Assembly (NCBI GenBank): GCA_046537845.1 | Contig: JBKHKA010000003.1 | Coordinates: 17,871 to 81,870, forward strand | Direction: 5' to 3' | Source of the DNA: Candidatus Aenigmatarchaeota archaeon | Lineage (GTDB): Archaea; Thermoplasmatota; Thermoplasmata; Halarchaeoplasmatales; Halarchaeoplasmataceae | Length of the DNA: 64,000 bases | Shown: positions 17,192-26,651 of the stretch, piece by piece | Layout: each line of letters begins with the position of its first letter | Numbering within the stretch: position 1 is the stretch's first letter | The notes under the pieces: generated by a model | Databases searched by the model: none | Told to the model about the DNA's origin: nothing | Seen by the model: only the letters and a program-made list of their open reading frames with translations | Position numbers and translations under genes: made by a program

Positions 17192-18655
17192 TCAGTAGTT
17201 CAGGTAAACGGTCTTACTTATGGTATAAAAATCGAGTCCCGCGTCGCCCTGCTCTCTCCAAGTCTCGCTCGAAGATGCTTTGAAACCTCCAAAAGGAATG
17301 TGCAGTTCAAGACCCGTCGTTTTCTCGTTCACCTTCACCACACCAGCTTCCGAGTCTTCAATGAACCTGTGAGCTTCGGAAAGATCTTCTGTAAGGATGC
17401 TCGCGGAAAGACCGTAGTCCACATCGTTGGCTATATCCACTGCCTCCTCGTAACCTTCAGCTCTTATGACCGCCAGAACGGGCCCGAATATCTCTTCTTG
17501 GGCGATCCTCATCTCCGGTTCCACTTCCGAGAAGAGCGTCGGCTCGATGAAATGACCGTTTGAAAGATCTTCTCGTTCAACGGGCTCGCCTCCCGTCACC
17601 AGCTTCGCCCCTTCCTTCTTCCCTGCATCTATATAATCCAAGGTCGCTTCCAACTCCTCTTCGCTCACCTGCGGGCCCATGTCTGGGTCTTCGATACCGG
17701 GACCTATCTCGATGGATTCCGCCTTCGCTTTCATCTTCTCCACGAAGTCGTCATAGAGTTCTTCATGCACGATAGCTCTAGACGTGGCGGTGCAGGCTTG
17801 GCCTGTAACACCGAAGGATCCGTCCGCCGCTATCTCGACCGCTCTTTCTATGTCAGCGCTCTTCATCACCAGGACAGGGTTTTTTCCACCCATCTCCGTT
17901 TGGACCCTTTTACCCCCTTTAGAAGCCCGCTCGTAAACTCGCTCACCGACTTTCCGGCTGCCCGTGAAAGATACTGCATCTATATCTTCATGTGCGGCTA
18001 CAGCTTCGCCTACGACGCTGCCGGGACCGGTGACGAAGTTGACCACGCCGTCGGGGAACCCAGCTTCTTCCATACATTCGATCAGCATCCTGCATACGTT
18101 GGGGGCAAGAGAAGCGGGTTTTATCACCACCGTATTCCCCGCCGCTAGGGCCGGAGCTAATTTCCAAGATGGGATCGCTATAGGATAGTTCCAGGGTGTT
18201 ATCAGCCCTACAACGCCTACTGGCTCTTTTTTGGTGTACAACCTTTTCTTTTTACCGCTGGGAGAGCTTATACTCCCGCCCAGGTCTCTAGCCTTTTCTG
18301 CATAGTAGTAGAATATATCTATAGCTCTTTGAACTTCACCTCTTGCTTCGCTCAAGGTCTTTCCCTCTTCACGGGTGAGCGACTCGGCCAATTCCTCTTT
18401 ACGCCCTTTCATACATTCCCCCGTCTTTCTCAACAGCCTTCCGCGTTCCGGTCCAGGGGTCTCCGCCCATGTCATTTTCGAAGCCGCAGCGGCTTTCACC
18501 GCTTCGTTCAAATCTTCTTCGTTCGATCTCTGGAAAAATCCTATCGTCTCTTCCATATCGGCAGGGTTCTTCACCTCGAAAGTATCCTCTTCCGTTCCTG
18601 ACCATCCTCCGTCGATGAAATTAAGGTAGGTCCTGCAGGAGCTCATTATCATCAC
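17192..18655 (-). CDS. Aldehyde dehydrogenase (2,5-dioxovalerate/KGSA dehydrogenase-like)
   Basis: ITPWNYP, KPAS, FTGS, EMGGKNP, GQACTATS (catalytic Cys), EEIFGP, PFGG motifs. Confidence 0.92.
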   Translation of the reverse strand: MMIMSSCRTYLNFIDGGWSGTEEDTFEVKNPADMEETIGFFQRSNEEDLNEAVKAAAASKMTWAETPGPERGRLLRKTGECMKGRKEELAESLTREEGKTLSEARGEVQRAIDIFYYYAEKARDLGGSISSPSGKKKRLYTKKEPVGVVGLITPWNYPIAIPSWKLAPALAAGNTVVIKPASLAPNVCRMLIECMEEAGFPDGVVNFVTGPGSVVGEAVAAHEDIDAVSFTGSRKVGERVYERASKGGKRVQTEMGGKNPVLVMKSADIERAVEIAADGSFGVTGQACTATSRAIVHEELYDDFVEKMKAKAESIEIGPGIEDPDMGPQVSEEELEATLDYIDAGKKEGAKLVTGGEPVEREDLSNGHFIEPTLFSEVEPEMRIAQEEIFGPVLAVIRAEGYEEAVDIANDVDYGLSASILTEDLSEAHRFIEDSEAGVVKVNEKTTGLELHIPFGGFKASSSETWREQGDAGLDFYTISKTVYLNY

Positions 18656-18790
18656 TTCAACGCAGTTAGAAAGGAAGAGGTATAAAACTATTCATATCTC
18701 TCCTCCTAGATGGGGTAAAATATAAATCGAGGTGTTCCAAATCACCTTCAAATCCATGTATACTGAGTTGGGCCTTGGGGATAATACAAC

Positions 18791-19738
18791 ATGATAGAGA
18801 TAATATTGCTATTTGCGCTGGTAGCTTCTATTTTCATGGGGGTAGCTATAGGGGCCTCTTCCGTTCCCCCAGCCTTCGGTCCGGTCTCGTCTTCCGGAGC
18901 TTCAGGGATCTTGAAGTCCGCGCTGATAGCCGGTATCGCCGCCAGTCTGGGCGCCTTCGTGCAGGGTGAGAGCGTTACCAACACTGTGGGCTCCGGTATA
19001 ATATCAGGAGAGATACAGCTTCTACAGGCATTCACGATCCTTTTCGTCGCTGCAGTCTTGGTTATCGTCAGCGTCACCATGAAGTATCCCATGCCCACCG
19101 CCTTCACGGTCGTCGGGGCAGTAGTGGGGAGCGGGTTCAGCTTTGGAAATCCCGTTCAATGGGGTTCATTCAGCACCATACTGGGTTACTGGCTGATAAT
19201 ACCATTCTTGGGCATCGGGATAAGTTATTCCTTATCCAAATTGATCAGACACTTCATCTCTAAAGAAAAGTCAAAAAAAGCTATACGGTACATGGTCATC
19301 GTCACCGGGACTTTGGTAGCCTGGACCGCGGGTGCCAATTCAGTAGGATTGGCGGTGGGCCCCTTGAGCTCTATCGGGTTCCGTATGACCTCGCTTTTGA
19401 TCCTGGGCAGCGTCTCCATATTGATCGGTGCTTGGATGTTTTCACCGAAGATAATAGATGCGGTCTCTTTCGAATACTCCAATGTCGGGCCCAGAAGATC
19501 GGCAGTGGCCCTAGGCACCGCTGCTCTGCTCGCTGAGATAGGCATCATATTCGGGATACCCATATCTTTCGCCGAGGCGATAATAGCCTCCGTGATAGGC
19601 AGCGGGTTGGTCGTGGGGAAGGCCAACATAGGAAAAAAGAAGATACTGGTCACGGTGGGGGCCTGGATAGGCGCTTTCTTCCTCTCGGTTTTCCTCACCT
19701 ACATATTGGGTCTGAGCCTACAATATCTTCTAGCGTAA
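18791..19738 (+). CDS. PiT family inorganic phosphate transporter
   Basis: Multi-TM protein; GASSVPPAFG and GANSVG signature regions; GIPIS motif. Confidence 0.85.
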   Translation: MIEIILLFALVASIFMGVAIGASSVPPAFGPVSSSGASGILKSALIAGIAASLGAFVQGESVTNTVGSGIISGEIQLLQAFTILFVAAVLVIVSVTMKYPMPTAFTVVGAVVGSGFSFGNPVQWGSFSTILGYWLIIPFLGIGISYSLSKLIRHFISKEKSKKAIRYMVIVTGTLVAWTAGANSVGLAVGPLSSIGFRMTSLLILGSVSILIGAWMFSPKIIDAVSFEYSNVGPRRSAVALGTAALLAEIGIIFGIPISFAEAIIASVIGSGLVVGKANIGKKKILVTVGAWIGAFFLSVFLTYILGLSLQYLLA

Positions 19739-19742
19739 AAGA

Positions 19743-20063
19743 TCATCCTGACTTATCTTTGACCTCTATCTCGAAAACCAGTGTTTTACCGGCCAATGGA
19801 TGATCGCCGGATTCACCATAGGCCTTCTCGGGAGGGATCTCGATCTCTTTTTTCTCACCCACATCCATACCTTTCACACCTTCTTCAAAACCTTCAATGA
19901 CTTCGCCCTCGCCGACGGTGAACCCGAGAGGTCCATACTCTCTCCTTTCGTCATAATATTCCGATCCTTCAGCGACCTCTTCTATGGATGAATCGAAAAC
20001 CGTCCCGTCTTTAAAACGCCCGATATAATCCACTTCGACAAAATCTCCTTCTTCTACACTCAT
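19743..20063 (-). CDS. FKBP-type peptidyl-prolyl isomerase (short, SlyD-like without insertion domain)
   Basis: [44 protein letters not shown] motifs. Confidence 0.92.
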   Translation of the reverse strand: MSVEEGDFVEVDYIGRFKDGTVFDSSIEEVAEGSEYYDERREYGPLGFTVGEGEVIEGFEEGVKGMDVGEKKEIEIPPEKAYGESGDHPLAGKTLVFEIEVKDKSG

Positions 20064-20140
20064 ATTTTTACCTCAGACCTCCTAAAAGCACAAAGGTTAA
20101 ATTATTTTTCATCACTTACCTCTCCGAGGTATAGAAAAAC

Positions 20141-20623
20141 ATGGGCACGATACAGCTTAAATTGGACGGTTGGGAAAAATCGATAACCTTTTCCGCGTCT
20201 CATATCCTGCCGGGGCACGAAAAGTGTGGGAGGATCCACGGGCACAATTATGCCATACACGTCAGGATCACTGGTGAACCGAAAAAAAGCGGCGTGGTAT
20301 ACGATTTTCTGCCGATCAAAGAAAAATTGAGGGGGATCGCAGACGACCTAGATCATCGGATGCTTATCGCCGCGGAGATGGAGGGGCTGACAGTTAAGGA
20401 AGAAGAGGTACTCATAGAGGTCGGCGAGAAAAGGTACATATTTCCTAGAGAAGATTGTTTGATCCTGGATATAGATCAAGTCACTGCAGAACAGCTCGCT
20501 CATCACCTGCTGGAAAAAGTGATAGAAGAGCTGGATTTTCCGGAAAAGGTCAACTCCGTCGAGATCGGCGTCGACGAATCCAGGGGACAGGGGGCATGGG
20601 CCAGGAGGGACCTAGATGAGTAG
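20141..20623 (+). CDS. queD: 6-carboxy-5,6,7,8-tetrahydropterin synthase
   Basis: FSASH, CGRIHGHNY, LDH, TAE motifs; overlaps queC. Confidence 0.9.
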   Translation: MGTIQLKLDGWEKSITFSASHILPGHEKCGRIHGHNYAIHVRITGEPKKSGVVYDFLPIKEKLRGIADDLDHRMLIAAEMEGLTVKEEEVLIEVGEKRYIFPREDCLILDIDQVTAEQLAHHLLEKVIEELDFPEKVNSVEIGVDESRGQGAWARRDLDE

Positions 20624-21296
20624 AGCCGTGGTGTTACTTTCAGGCGGCTTGGATTCCTCCACAACTCTAGGCATAGCTGCACAAGAGCACGATGAGCTCT
20701 GCGCGTTGACTTTCAGATACGGACAGACACATGATAGAGAGATAAAGAGCGCTGAAAGATTGGCATCACATTACTCGGTTGAAGAACACAAGATTTTGGA
20801 TATACCTTTAGCCGATATAGGAGAGTCTTCTCTCTTGGTCACGGGTGGAGATATACCCCAGCATGAGGAGGAATATATCGGAGAAAGAATACCTTCCACG
20901 TACGTGCCCGCGAGGAACATAATTATGTTGTCCTATGCTTTATGCTACGGAGAGAGCATCGACGCCGAGGCGATCTATATCGGGGCTAACGCAAGAGACT
21001 ACAGCGGCTATCCCGACTGTAGACCCGAATTTTACGATGCCTTCGAAAGGATGGCTGAGGAAGGCACCAAAAGGGGTGTGGAAGGTTCGCCGATAAACAT
21101 CGAATATCCTCTGATAGATATGACGAAGAAGGAGATAGTGGAAAAGGCGCACGAGCTCTGCGTACCTTTAGAGATGACCTGGAGCTGCTACAGAGGGGGA
21201 AAGAAGGCGTGCGGTGAGTGCGACTCCTGTAAATTGAGGTTGAAAGGTTTCAAGGAAGCGGGACTGGAAGATCCGATAGGATATGAAGAGAAGTGA
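20616..21296 (+). CDS. queC: 7-cyano-7-deazaguanine (preQ0) synthase
   Basis: SGGLDS, YGQ, TYVPARN, YPDC, TWSCY..CGECDSC motifs. Confidence 0.96.
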   Translation: MSRAVVLLSGGLDSSTTLGIAAQEHDELCALTFRYGQTHDREIKSAERLASHYSVEEHKILDIPLADIGESSLLVTGGDIPQHEEEYIGERIPSTYVPARNIIMLSYALCYGESIDAEAIYIGANARDYSGYPDCRPEFYDAFERMAEEGTKRGVEGSPINIEYPLIDMTKKEIVEKAHELCVPLEMTWSCYRGGKKACGECDSCKLRLKGFKEAGLEDPIGYEEK

Positions 21297-21315
21297 AAAT
21301 GGATTTTTGTGTGAT

Positions 21316-22869
21316 TCACTGCCTTTGGCTCTTTATCATATCTATGACTTGATCAGCTTTCCTCCGGACCCCTTTATCTGAATGAGTCCTGAGTTCTCCG
21401 AGATAGTCTAGTGAATCTTCGTCATAGATTCCCTGCTCCGCTAGAACGTAAAGAGTCATGGCAGCCCTCTCTTTGAGGTCCGCATCGTCTGCCTGCAGGC
21501 AATTTTGATTTATAGGGATGATAGAATCTTGGTCGGAAATCCCGTGTTCAGCCAGATGTTTCAAGGTCGATACCGCCGATATCCTGACGTAAGCATCAGG
21601 GTCTTCAAGAGCCTCCATCACCGGTTCCAATACTGATGATGAACAGCCGCCGTCTATCGCAAAGGCTTCGATCGTCTCCATAGCCTTCTCTCTGACTTCT
21701 TCGGAATCATCGTCGAGGAGTTCGATCATGATATCGAGTGATTCTTTTTTCCATATCCCTTTTGCCGCTAATTCTTTGAGAGTTGAAGCAGCCGCGATCT
21801 TTACGGACTCATCTGGATCCCCCAAGGTGTCATTCAAAGGTTCTATCATGTTCGAAGATAGTTCGACTCCCTTTTTAGAAAAAGCGAGAAGAGCCTCAGC
21901 TGCCTCCTTTCTCACATCTTCCTCAGAACTCTCAAGAGCTGAGGCGAGAGGCTCTAATTGGATGCTGTCTATCATATCGGTCTCTGAGAACTCTCTCAAC
22001 CAATTAGCTGCGAAAACTTGAAGATCTGTCTCTCCTTCTTCTAACATCTCATTCAACAGCGTCAAGGTTTTCTTACTGTAGGTGCCCTCTTCAGCCATGT
22101 CTTTCAATGAAGAAGCCGCAGCGTCTCTCACACCTTCATCTACATCGTTCAAAAGATCATTCAACGGCTCTAAGGCCGGGGACACATCAATACCTTGATT
22201 CCAGAGGGTCTCCATCGCATTTGCGGCATTCCATTTCACGTCGGAATCCACATCATCTAAAAGATCGATCAATTTATCCACCGATTCTTCATCGGTAATT
22301 CCCTGTTTAGCTAGAGAACGGATGGTGTAGACCGAAGCGTTCCTCACGTCTTGGTCAGAATCATCTAAAAGATCTACCAAAAGGTCCAAAGTCGAGGGTT
22401 CACAAACGCCCTGTTCCGCCAGCTCCTCTAAAGCACGGGCGCTGTTCCACCGCACATATTCGTCCTCGTCTTTCAGCAGTTCGTTCAATTTTTCGACCGA
22501 GGATGGATCGTAAACTCCGTTCTCCGCCAAAGCCCGTAGGGCTCGGGCGCTGTTCCATCGCACGTATTCGCTCTCCTCCGTCAACAGGTCTTGAAGAGGC
22601 TCCAATGAGTCTTCAGTGTAGACCCCATTCTCCGCTAATTTATATATCCCTTCAGCAGCGTTCCAGCGGATATTCTCGTTCAAGTCCTTCAACGCCTTGT
22701 TCAGAGGTTCCAAAGATGAGCTGTCATAAACACCTTTATCAGCCAGTTCACAGATCGCTTCCGTGGCCTCCTTCCTTATGTGCCTGTCTTCATGGATCAA
22801 AGCTTTATTCAATCCCGGTATATCTTCTCTTTCCTTCAACTTCTTAACCGTCGGAATATCGATCACCAT
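21316..22869 (-). CDS. HEAT/PBS-lyase-like repeat protein
   Basis: About 13 repeats of about 36 aa (LxxLLxDxxExVRWNxAxAL); 108-bp DNA periodicity visible near 22436 and 22544. Confidence 0.88.
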   Translation of the reverse strand: MVIDIPTVKKLKEREDIPGLNKALIHEDRHIRKEATEAICELADKGVYDSSSLEPLNKALKDLNENIRWNAAEGIYKLAENGVYTEDSLEPLQDLLTEESEYVRWNSARALRALAENGVYDPSSVEKLNELLKDEDEYVRWNSARALEELAEQGVCEPSTLDLLVDLLDDSDQDVRNASVYTIRSLAKQGITDEESVDKLIDLLDDVDSDVKWNAANAMETLWNQGIDVSPALEPLNDLLNDVDEGVRDAAASSLKDMAEEGTYSKKTLTLLNEMLEEGETDLQVFAANWLREFSETDMIDSIQLEPLASALESSEEDVRKEAAEALLAFSKKGVELSSNMIEPLNDTLGDPDESVKIAAASTLKELAAKGIWKKESLDIMIELLDDDSEEVREKAMETIEAFAIDGGCSSSVLEPVMEALEDPDAYVRISAVSTLKHLAEHGISDQDSIIPINQNCLQADDADLKERAAMTLYVLAEQGIYDEDSLDYLGELRTHSDKGVRRKADQVIDMIKSQRQ

Positions 22870-23220
22870 CTTAAGCTCGATTTCTTACCATCCGAAAACA
22901 TATTGTGAGTATATATGCTTTTGCAATATCCCGTATTTTTGTAAAAAACTTTCTGTGAGCTTTACTCTACATCTTTTTGATGCCTCTTTTTCGAAACAGG
23001 ATGGTTGATGCGGGAGGAGCGCCTATTTTAAACTCTCCTAATAATATTTTTACCTGTTGGAGTAACATCATCGTCAGATAACTGTCGGTTTGGTTTTGGT
23101 ATATTATTAGTAATAATTAATAAATATTAATCCCCCTCTATTTTCTCTAACTCTAGTTTACACCTTCCTGGGATGTTTAACCGTTAGTTTTTTAAATCAG
23201 GTGATAGATTATCCTATCAG

Positions 23221-23748
23221 ATGTTAGAAAATTATAACAGGTACAGGATCCTGCAGGAGTTCTTTAAGAAACCGACTAAAAAGCATCAACTGCGTGAACT
23301 CTCAAGAGCTACGGATATATCACTTCCCACGGTCAAAGAACACGTGGAGAAACTCCAAGAGGCGGGCTTCTTGGAAAAGATCGAGAAAGGAGTTTATCCG
23401 GGATACGAAGCATCAAGAAATGATGAATTCAAACTTTACAAAAAGCTGGACCTGGAAAGAAGACTACATCTTACCGGACTCGTGGATCATCTCAATGAAA
23501 AACTTTCACAGCCGGATGCCATCGTGCTCTTCGGATCCGCGGCAAACGGAGAGGACATCGAGGAGAGCGACATAGATATACTCGTGGTCTGTGGAGAGAA
23601 AGATGTAGACTTGAAAAAGTTCGAGAAAAAGTTCAACAGAAAGATCAATCTCCAGTTCATGGATGAAGATGAATTGAAGGAGAATAAGAAACTAGCGAAC
23701 AGTATCGCTAATGGAATAGTTCTAAGTGGATATCTGGTGGTTAAATGA
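23221..23748 (+). CDS. wHTH-fused minimal nucleotidyltransferase (MNT antitoxin-like)
   Basis: N-terminal HTH (LRELSRATDISLPTV); VLFGSAANGEDIEESDIDILVV = GSx10DxD. Confidence 0.88.
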   Translation: MLENYNRYRILQEFFKKPTKKHQLRELSRATDISLPTVKEHVEKLQEAGFLEKIEKGVYPGYEASRNDEFKLYKKLDLERRLHLTGLVDHLNEKLSQPDAIVLFGSAANGEDIEESDIDILVVCGEKDVDLKKFEKKFNRKINLQFMDEDELKENKKLANSIANGIVLSGYLVVK

Positions 23749-24167
23749 GATGGGAAGATTGCTTGGAAAATAAGGTCTTTGAGAGGAAGAAAGATATCTC
23801 CGCGGCCGAATCTCTTTTCAGCATCGCAAAGATAAGGATCAAAGACAACGAAAAGAGAGAAAGGACGGACGATAACGTACCTTTGATAGTAGAGGCCTAC
23901 TGGGAGATCATCAAACAGTTGATCACTGCTTCCTTGACTTTAGACGGTTACAAATCATATTCGCAGGAATGTCTCGTGAGTTATCTTGAAGAATTTTATG
24001 AATTTTCTCACGAAGAGCTGGAACTTATCGATGAATTGAGGGAGGTCAGGAATGATATCGATTATAGAGGACGATATCTACAGATGGACTATCTGAATAG
24101 AAAAGAGGATAAGATCCAAAGTATAATATCAAAGCTTGAAGAGAAGGTAGAGGAGAGGCTGGATTGA
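23745..24167 (+). CDS. HEPN domain protein (putative toxin partner of MNT)
   Basis: 4-bp overlap with the MNT gene; all-helical; RNDIDY (Rx4Y-type HEPN motif). Confidence 0.75.
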   Translation: MRWEDCLENKVFERKKDISAAESLFSIAKIRIKDNEKRERTDDNVPLIVEAYWEIIKQLITASLTLDGYKSYSQECLVSYLEEFYEFSHEELELIDELREVRNDIDYRGRYLQMDYLNRKEDKIQSIISKLEEKVEERLD

Positions 24168-24412
24168 TGCGATCGAAATAGGTGGGTCTTTTTTAGCTCT
24201 GGGCTCTACCGTATGAAAATGAATTTCTACCAAACTACTGATTAATATATTTAAATCTGATTATTTATCTCCATGTCACAAGAATTGTTTTCGAGTGAGA
24301 GCTGGAATTTTTAATTCTTACGGATTTAGAAATATTGATAAAAGAATATCTATCAAAAAGGTTTTCTACTGAACACCAACAGCCCTTAACCCCCTTTATA
24401 TACCCGAAGAAG

Positions 24413-24497
24413 TGCGGGAGGAGGGATTTGAACCCTCGGACCCCTATAGGACTAGATCTTGAGTCTAGCGCCTTTGGCCATGCTCGGCTACTCCCGC
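24413..24497 (-). tRNA. tRNA-Leu(CAA)
   Basis: GCGGGAG acceptor stem, anticodon arm CTAGA-ctCAAga-TCTAG, long variable arm, GTTCAAATC T-loop; CCA not encoded. Confidence 0.96.
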
Positions 24498-24662
24498 TTT
24501 AGGAGCGAAAGGTTTTTGAGCGTATAAAGGGGGAGTGAGGAGGAATCTGTGATTCCTCTGAAACTCCCGCAGTCATGAATGCGAATGAATGACGAGGGTA
24601 AGTCCGAAGCTTTGCTTCCGACGATTACCCGCTTTAGGAGCGAAAGGTTTTTGAGCGTATAA
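24493..24662. repeat. 35-bp direct repeat (24493-24527 and 24628-24662) flanking a 100-bp hairpin-rich insert
   Basis: CCCGCTTTAGGAGCGAAAGGTTTTTGAGCGTATAA occurs twice, identical; it includes the tRNA-Leu first 5 nt and its upstream TTATA element. Confidence 0.93.
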
Positions 24663-24766
24663 CGCCGTCTCATTTATCAAAATATGGTATAAGTAATTTC
24701 CCAATGTAGTCTATCGTATCTTTCAAGACCGTAAAAACCATATGTCTACTAACAATAGAAAGAACG

Positions 24767-24985
24767 ATGGATAAAGAAGGAAAAAGGCTCGTCGAGGAAG
24801 CACTGAGAAATCAGCGGCCCCACGAAAGATTCAACAAGGCGCTCTCGAGGACCGTGAGCGATAAGAAGCAGGGTAAAGAAGGATACAAGTTGTATGTGGA
24901 CCTCATGGAAGAGATAAGAGAGCTCGCTAGAAAGGAAGACATCGAGGTCGAAAAGGGAGCGAAAAAGATCCTGGGAAAGTTATGA
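24767..24985 (+). CDS. Small hypothetical protein (72 aa, helical)
   Basis: ATG-started ORF in an intergenic gap with host-like composition. Confidence 0.6.
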   Translation: MDKEGKRLVEEALRNQRPHERFNKALSRTVSDKKQGKEGYKLYVDLMEEIRELARKEDIEVEKGAKKILGKL

Positions 24986-25008
24986 GACGATCAGGTATTT
25001 CCTCCATT

Positions 25009-26088
25009 TCACCCTTTGTCGATCTCAATATTTATACCTCTATCTCTCAGTTCTTTCACCATGAAATCATGGTGCTCTTTTCTCCGGCCTAATCTTTCCG
25101 GAGGTATTATGCCGCTGTCTATCTTTTCTTTTTCCTGTATCAGGAGCTTCGTGAAAGCACTTGCAGCGAATCCAGTAGATCTCGCCATCGATGAAAAATT
25201 TTCGTCCGCTTCGTCGTAGAAGAAATAGTTCATTTCTGCTTTATCCCCATTCTCTTTCCCTTTCGCTTTTACGTCCATGATACAAAAGTCCTTACTGTCG
25301 AATTCCATCAGCGGCTTTATCACTTCGAGCGTACGGTCCAAATTCTTTTTTTCAAAAAATCCCAGTTCTCTGAGCACCTTCATCCTCTCAAGATGGCCTT
25401 TCCACCTCAGAGTGGTCTCTTCCATGGTCTCCGCATCTATAGTCTTCAGCAGGGTCCGGAGACCGTCGCTGTAGAACTCTTCAAATTCTTTGCCAGCGAG
25501 TTCCACTTCGTTTATCTCCTCGAACGGATCCACCTCTACGACTTCTCCGTCGCGGATGATCCTCGCTTCACGGACGTATTCTTCGATCAGGTCGTAAGGT
25601 GACCAGGTCAGCTTGTAATACAGAGGAGGTTCTGGATCTAAAGGTAGACCGCCGATGCGGATCATAACATCCTCTAGATGATCCATCTCCTCTTCTATCC
25701 TTCCCATGAAAACGTTGCTAATGCCCGGACCGAAGCCTGCGTCGACAACCACTGAAACGTCCTTCTTTTTCGCTTCCTCGTGCAGAGAAAAAGGGTCTTC
25801 AGGCATGAAGGATACATCGACCATATCGGTGCCGGCTTCTACAGCCGATTTTACAGCTTCAAAGCCCAGGTCGCCGGGTAAAACTCCCACCACCACGTCG
25901 TGCTCTTCCATCTTGGCGACAGTTTCTTCTTTGTTTTTCACATTCAACTGAAAGGTCTCAGCAAACTTTTCCACACTCTCCAGATTCTCAGTATAGATAT
26001 CTCCCGCTGAAACCTCGTGATCCTCAGCCATATCATGAATCACGGCCTGTCCTACGTGCCCTGCTCCTAATACCAATACTTTCATCAT
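25009..26088 (-). CDS. Saccharopine dehydrogenase / lysine 6-dehydrogenase family oxidoreductase
   Basis: VLGAGHVG Rossmann motif, DAGFGPGISN, GGLP, TWSP, SDGLRTL, TLRWKGH, MARSTG. Confidence 0.9.
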   Translation of the reverse strand: MMKVLVLGAGHVGQAVIHDMAEDHEVSAGDIYTENLESVEKFAETFQLNVKNKEETVAKMEEHDVVVGVLPGDLGFEAVKSAVEAGTDMVDVSFMPEDPFSLHEEAKKKDVSVVVDAGFGPGISNVFMGRIEEEMDHLEDVMIRIGGLPLDPEPPLYYKLTWSPYDLIEEYVREARIIRDGEVVEVDPFEEINEVELAGKEFEEFYSDGLRTLLKTIDAETMEETTLRWKGHLERMKVLRELGFFEKKNLDRTLEVIKPLMEFDSKDFCIMDVKAKGKENGDKAEMNYFFYDEADENFSSMARSTGFAASAFTKLLIQEKEKIDSGIIPPERLGRRKEHHDFMVKELRDRGINIEIDKG

Positions 26089-26188
26089 CTCACCGTTCGG
26101 ACTCGGAGAGAGAATAAGGTAATATAATTTTTCTGAGAAAGAGATGAAAATTTTCTATTGATAGACTCGCTTCTCTCAAAAGCACGAG

Positions 26189-26584
26189 TCAGTTTTGAGG
26201 TTCGATCTCGTCAGAATACTGTTGAGTACTGTGACCACAGTTATTGCAAACGCCGGAATTATCAAAGGCCACACTCATCTCCTTCTCGCCACACTCAGGG
26301 CATTTTTTCAATCTCAATTTCTTGGAATAGCCTATCGTTGCCCTATCCTCAGAAGACCTAACAGCTTCTTTCTCCTTTTCCTTTCTCCATATCCTATAGC
26401 CCCAATACGTGAGTCCGGTCCCAAGAAGAAACAGTGGGACAGAGCAAAAGATCGCTAATACCTCCGCTTCGTAAATCGCCAATACGAGGAAGATCATACC
26501 TCCTATTATAAAGCCGAACCCCATCCTCAGCAGTGTTATGAAGGCCCAGCCTTTCAACAGTTCTCCGAAAGCCATGTTAAACAC
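26189..26584 (-). CDS. Membrane protein with C-terminal zinc ribbon
   Basis: Two TM helices, then CPECG..CNNCG. Confidence 0.7.
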   Translation of the reverse strand: MFNMAFGELLKGWAFITLLRMGFGFIIGGMIFLVLAIYEAEVLAIFCSVPLFLLGTGLTYWGYRIWRKEKEKEAVRSSEDRATIGYSKKLRLKKCPECGEKEMSVAFDNSGVCNNCGHSTQQYSDEIEPQN

Positions 26585-26651
26585 TCTATGGGGAGTATAA
26601 TCTCATATTATTTATATTTTGTAATATGGTCCTAACGGCGGCTGTAAAGGC

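Larger units (their letters stand above)
23009..24423. mobile_element. Probable remnant of a tRNA-integrated island carrying an MNT-HEPN pair
   Basis: TGCGGGAGGAG at 23009-23019 equals the tRNA-Leu 3' end at 24413-24423 in the same orientation; AT-rich flanks; no integrase seen. Confidence 0.45.

Noticed and set aside
20141-21296. queD-queC as a DNA 7-deazaguanine (dpd) modification island
   Set aside because: No dpdA/tgt or other dpd genes are adjacent; ordinary archaeosine precursor synthesis is the simpler explanation.
21316-22869. 108-bp DNA periodicity as a non-coding repeat array
   Set aside because: Explained by the 36-aa HEAT repeats of the encoded protein.
24493-24662. Two 35-bp repeats as a mini CRISPR array
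   Set aside because: Only two units, a 100-bp spacer, a repeat that overlaps the tRNA 5' end and promoter, and no cas genes in the window.
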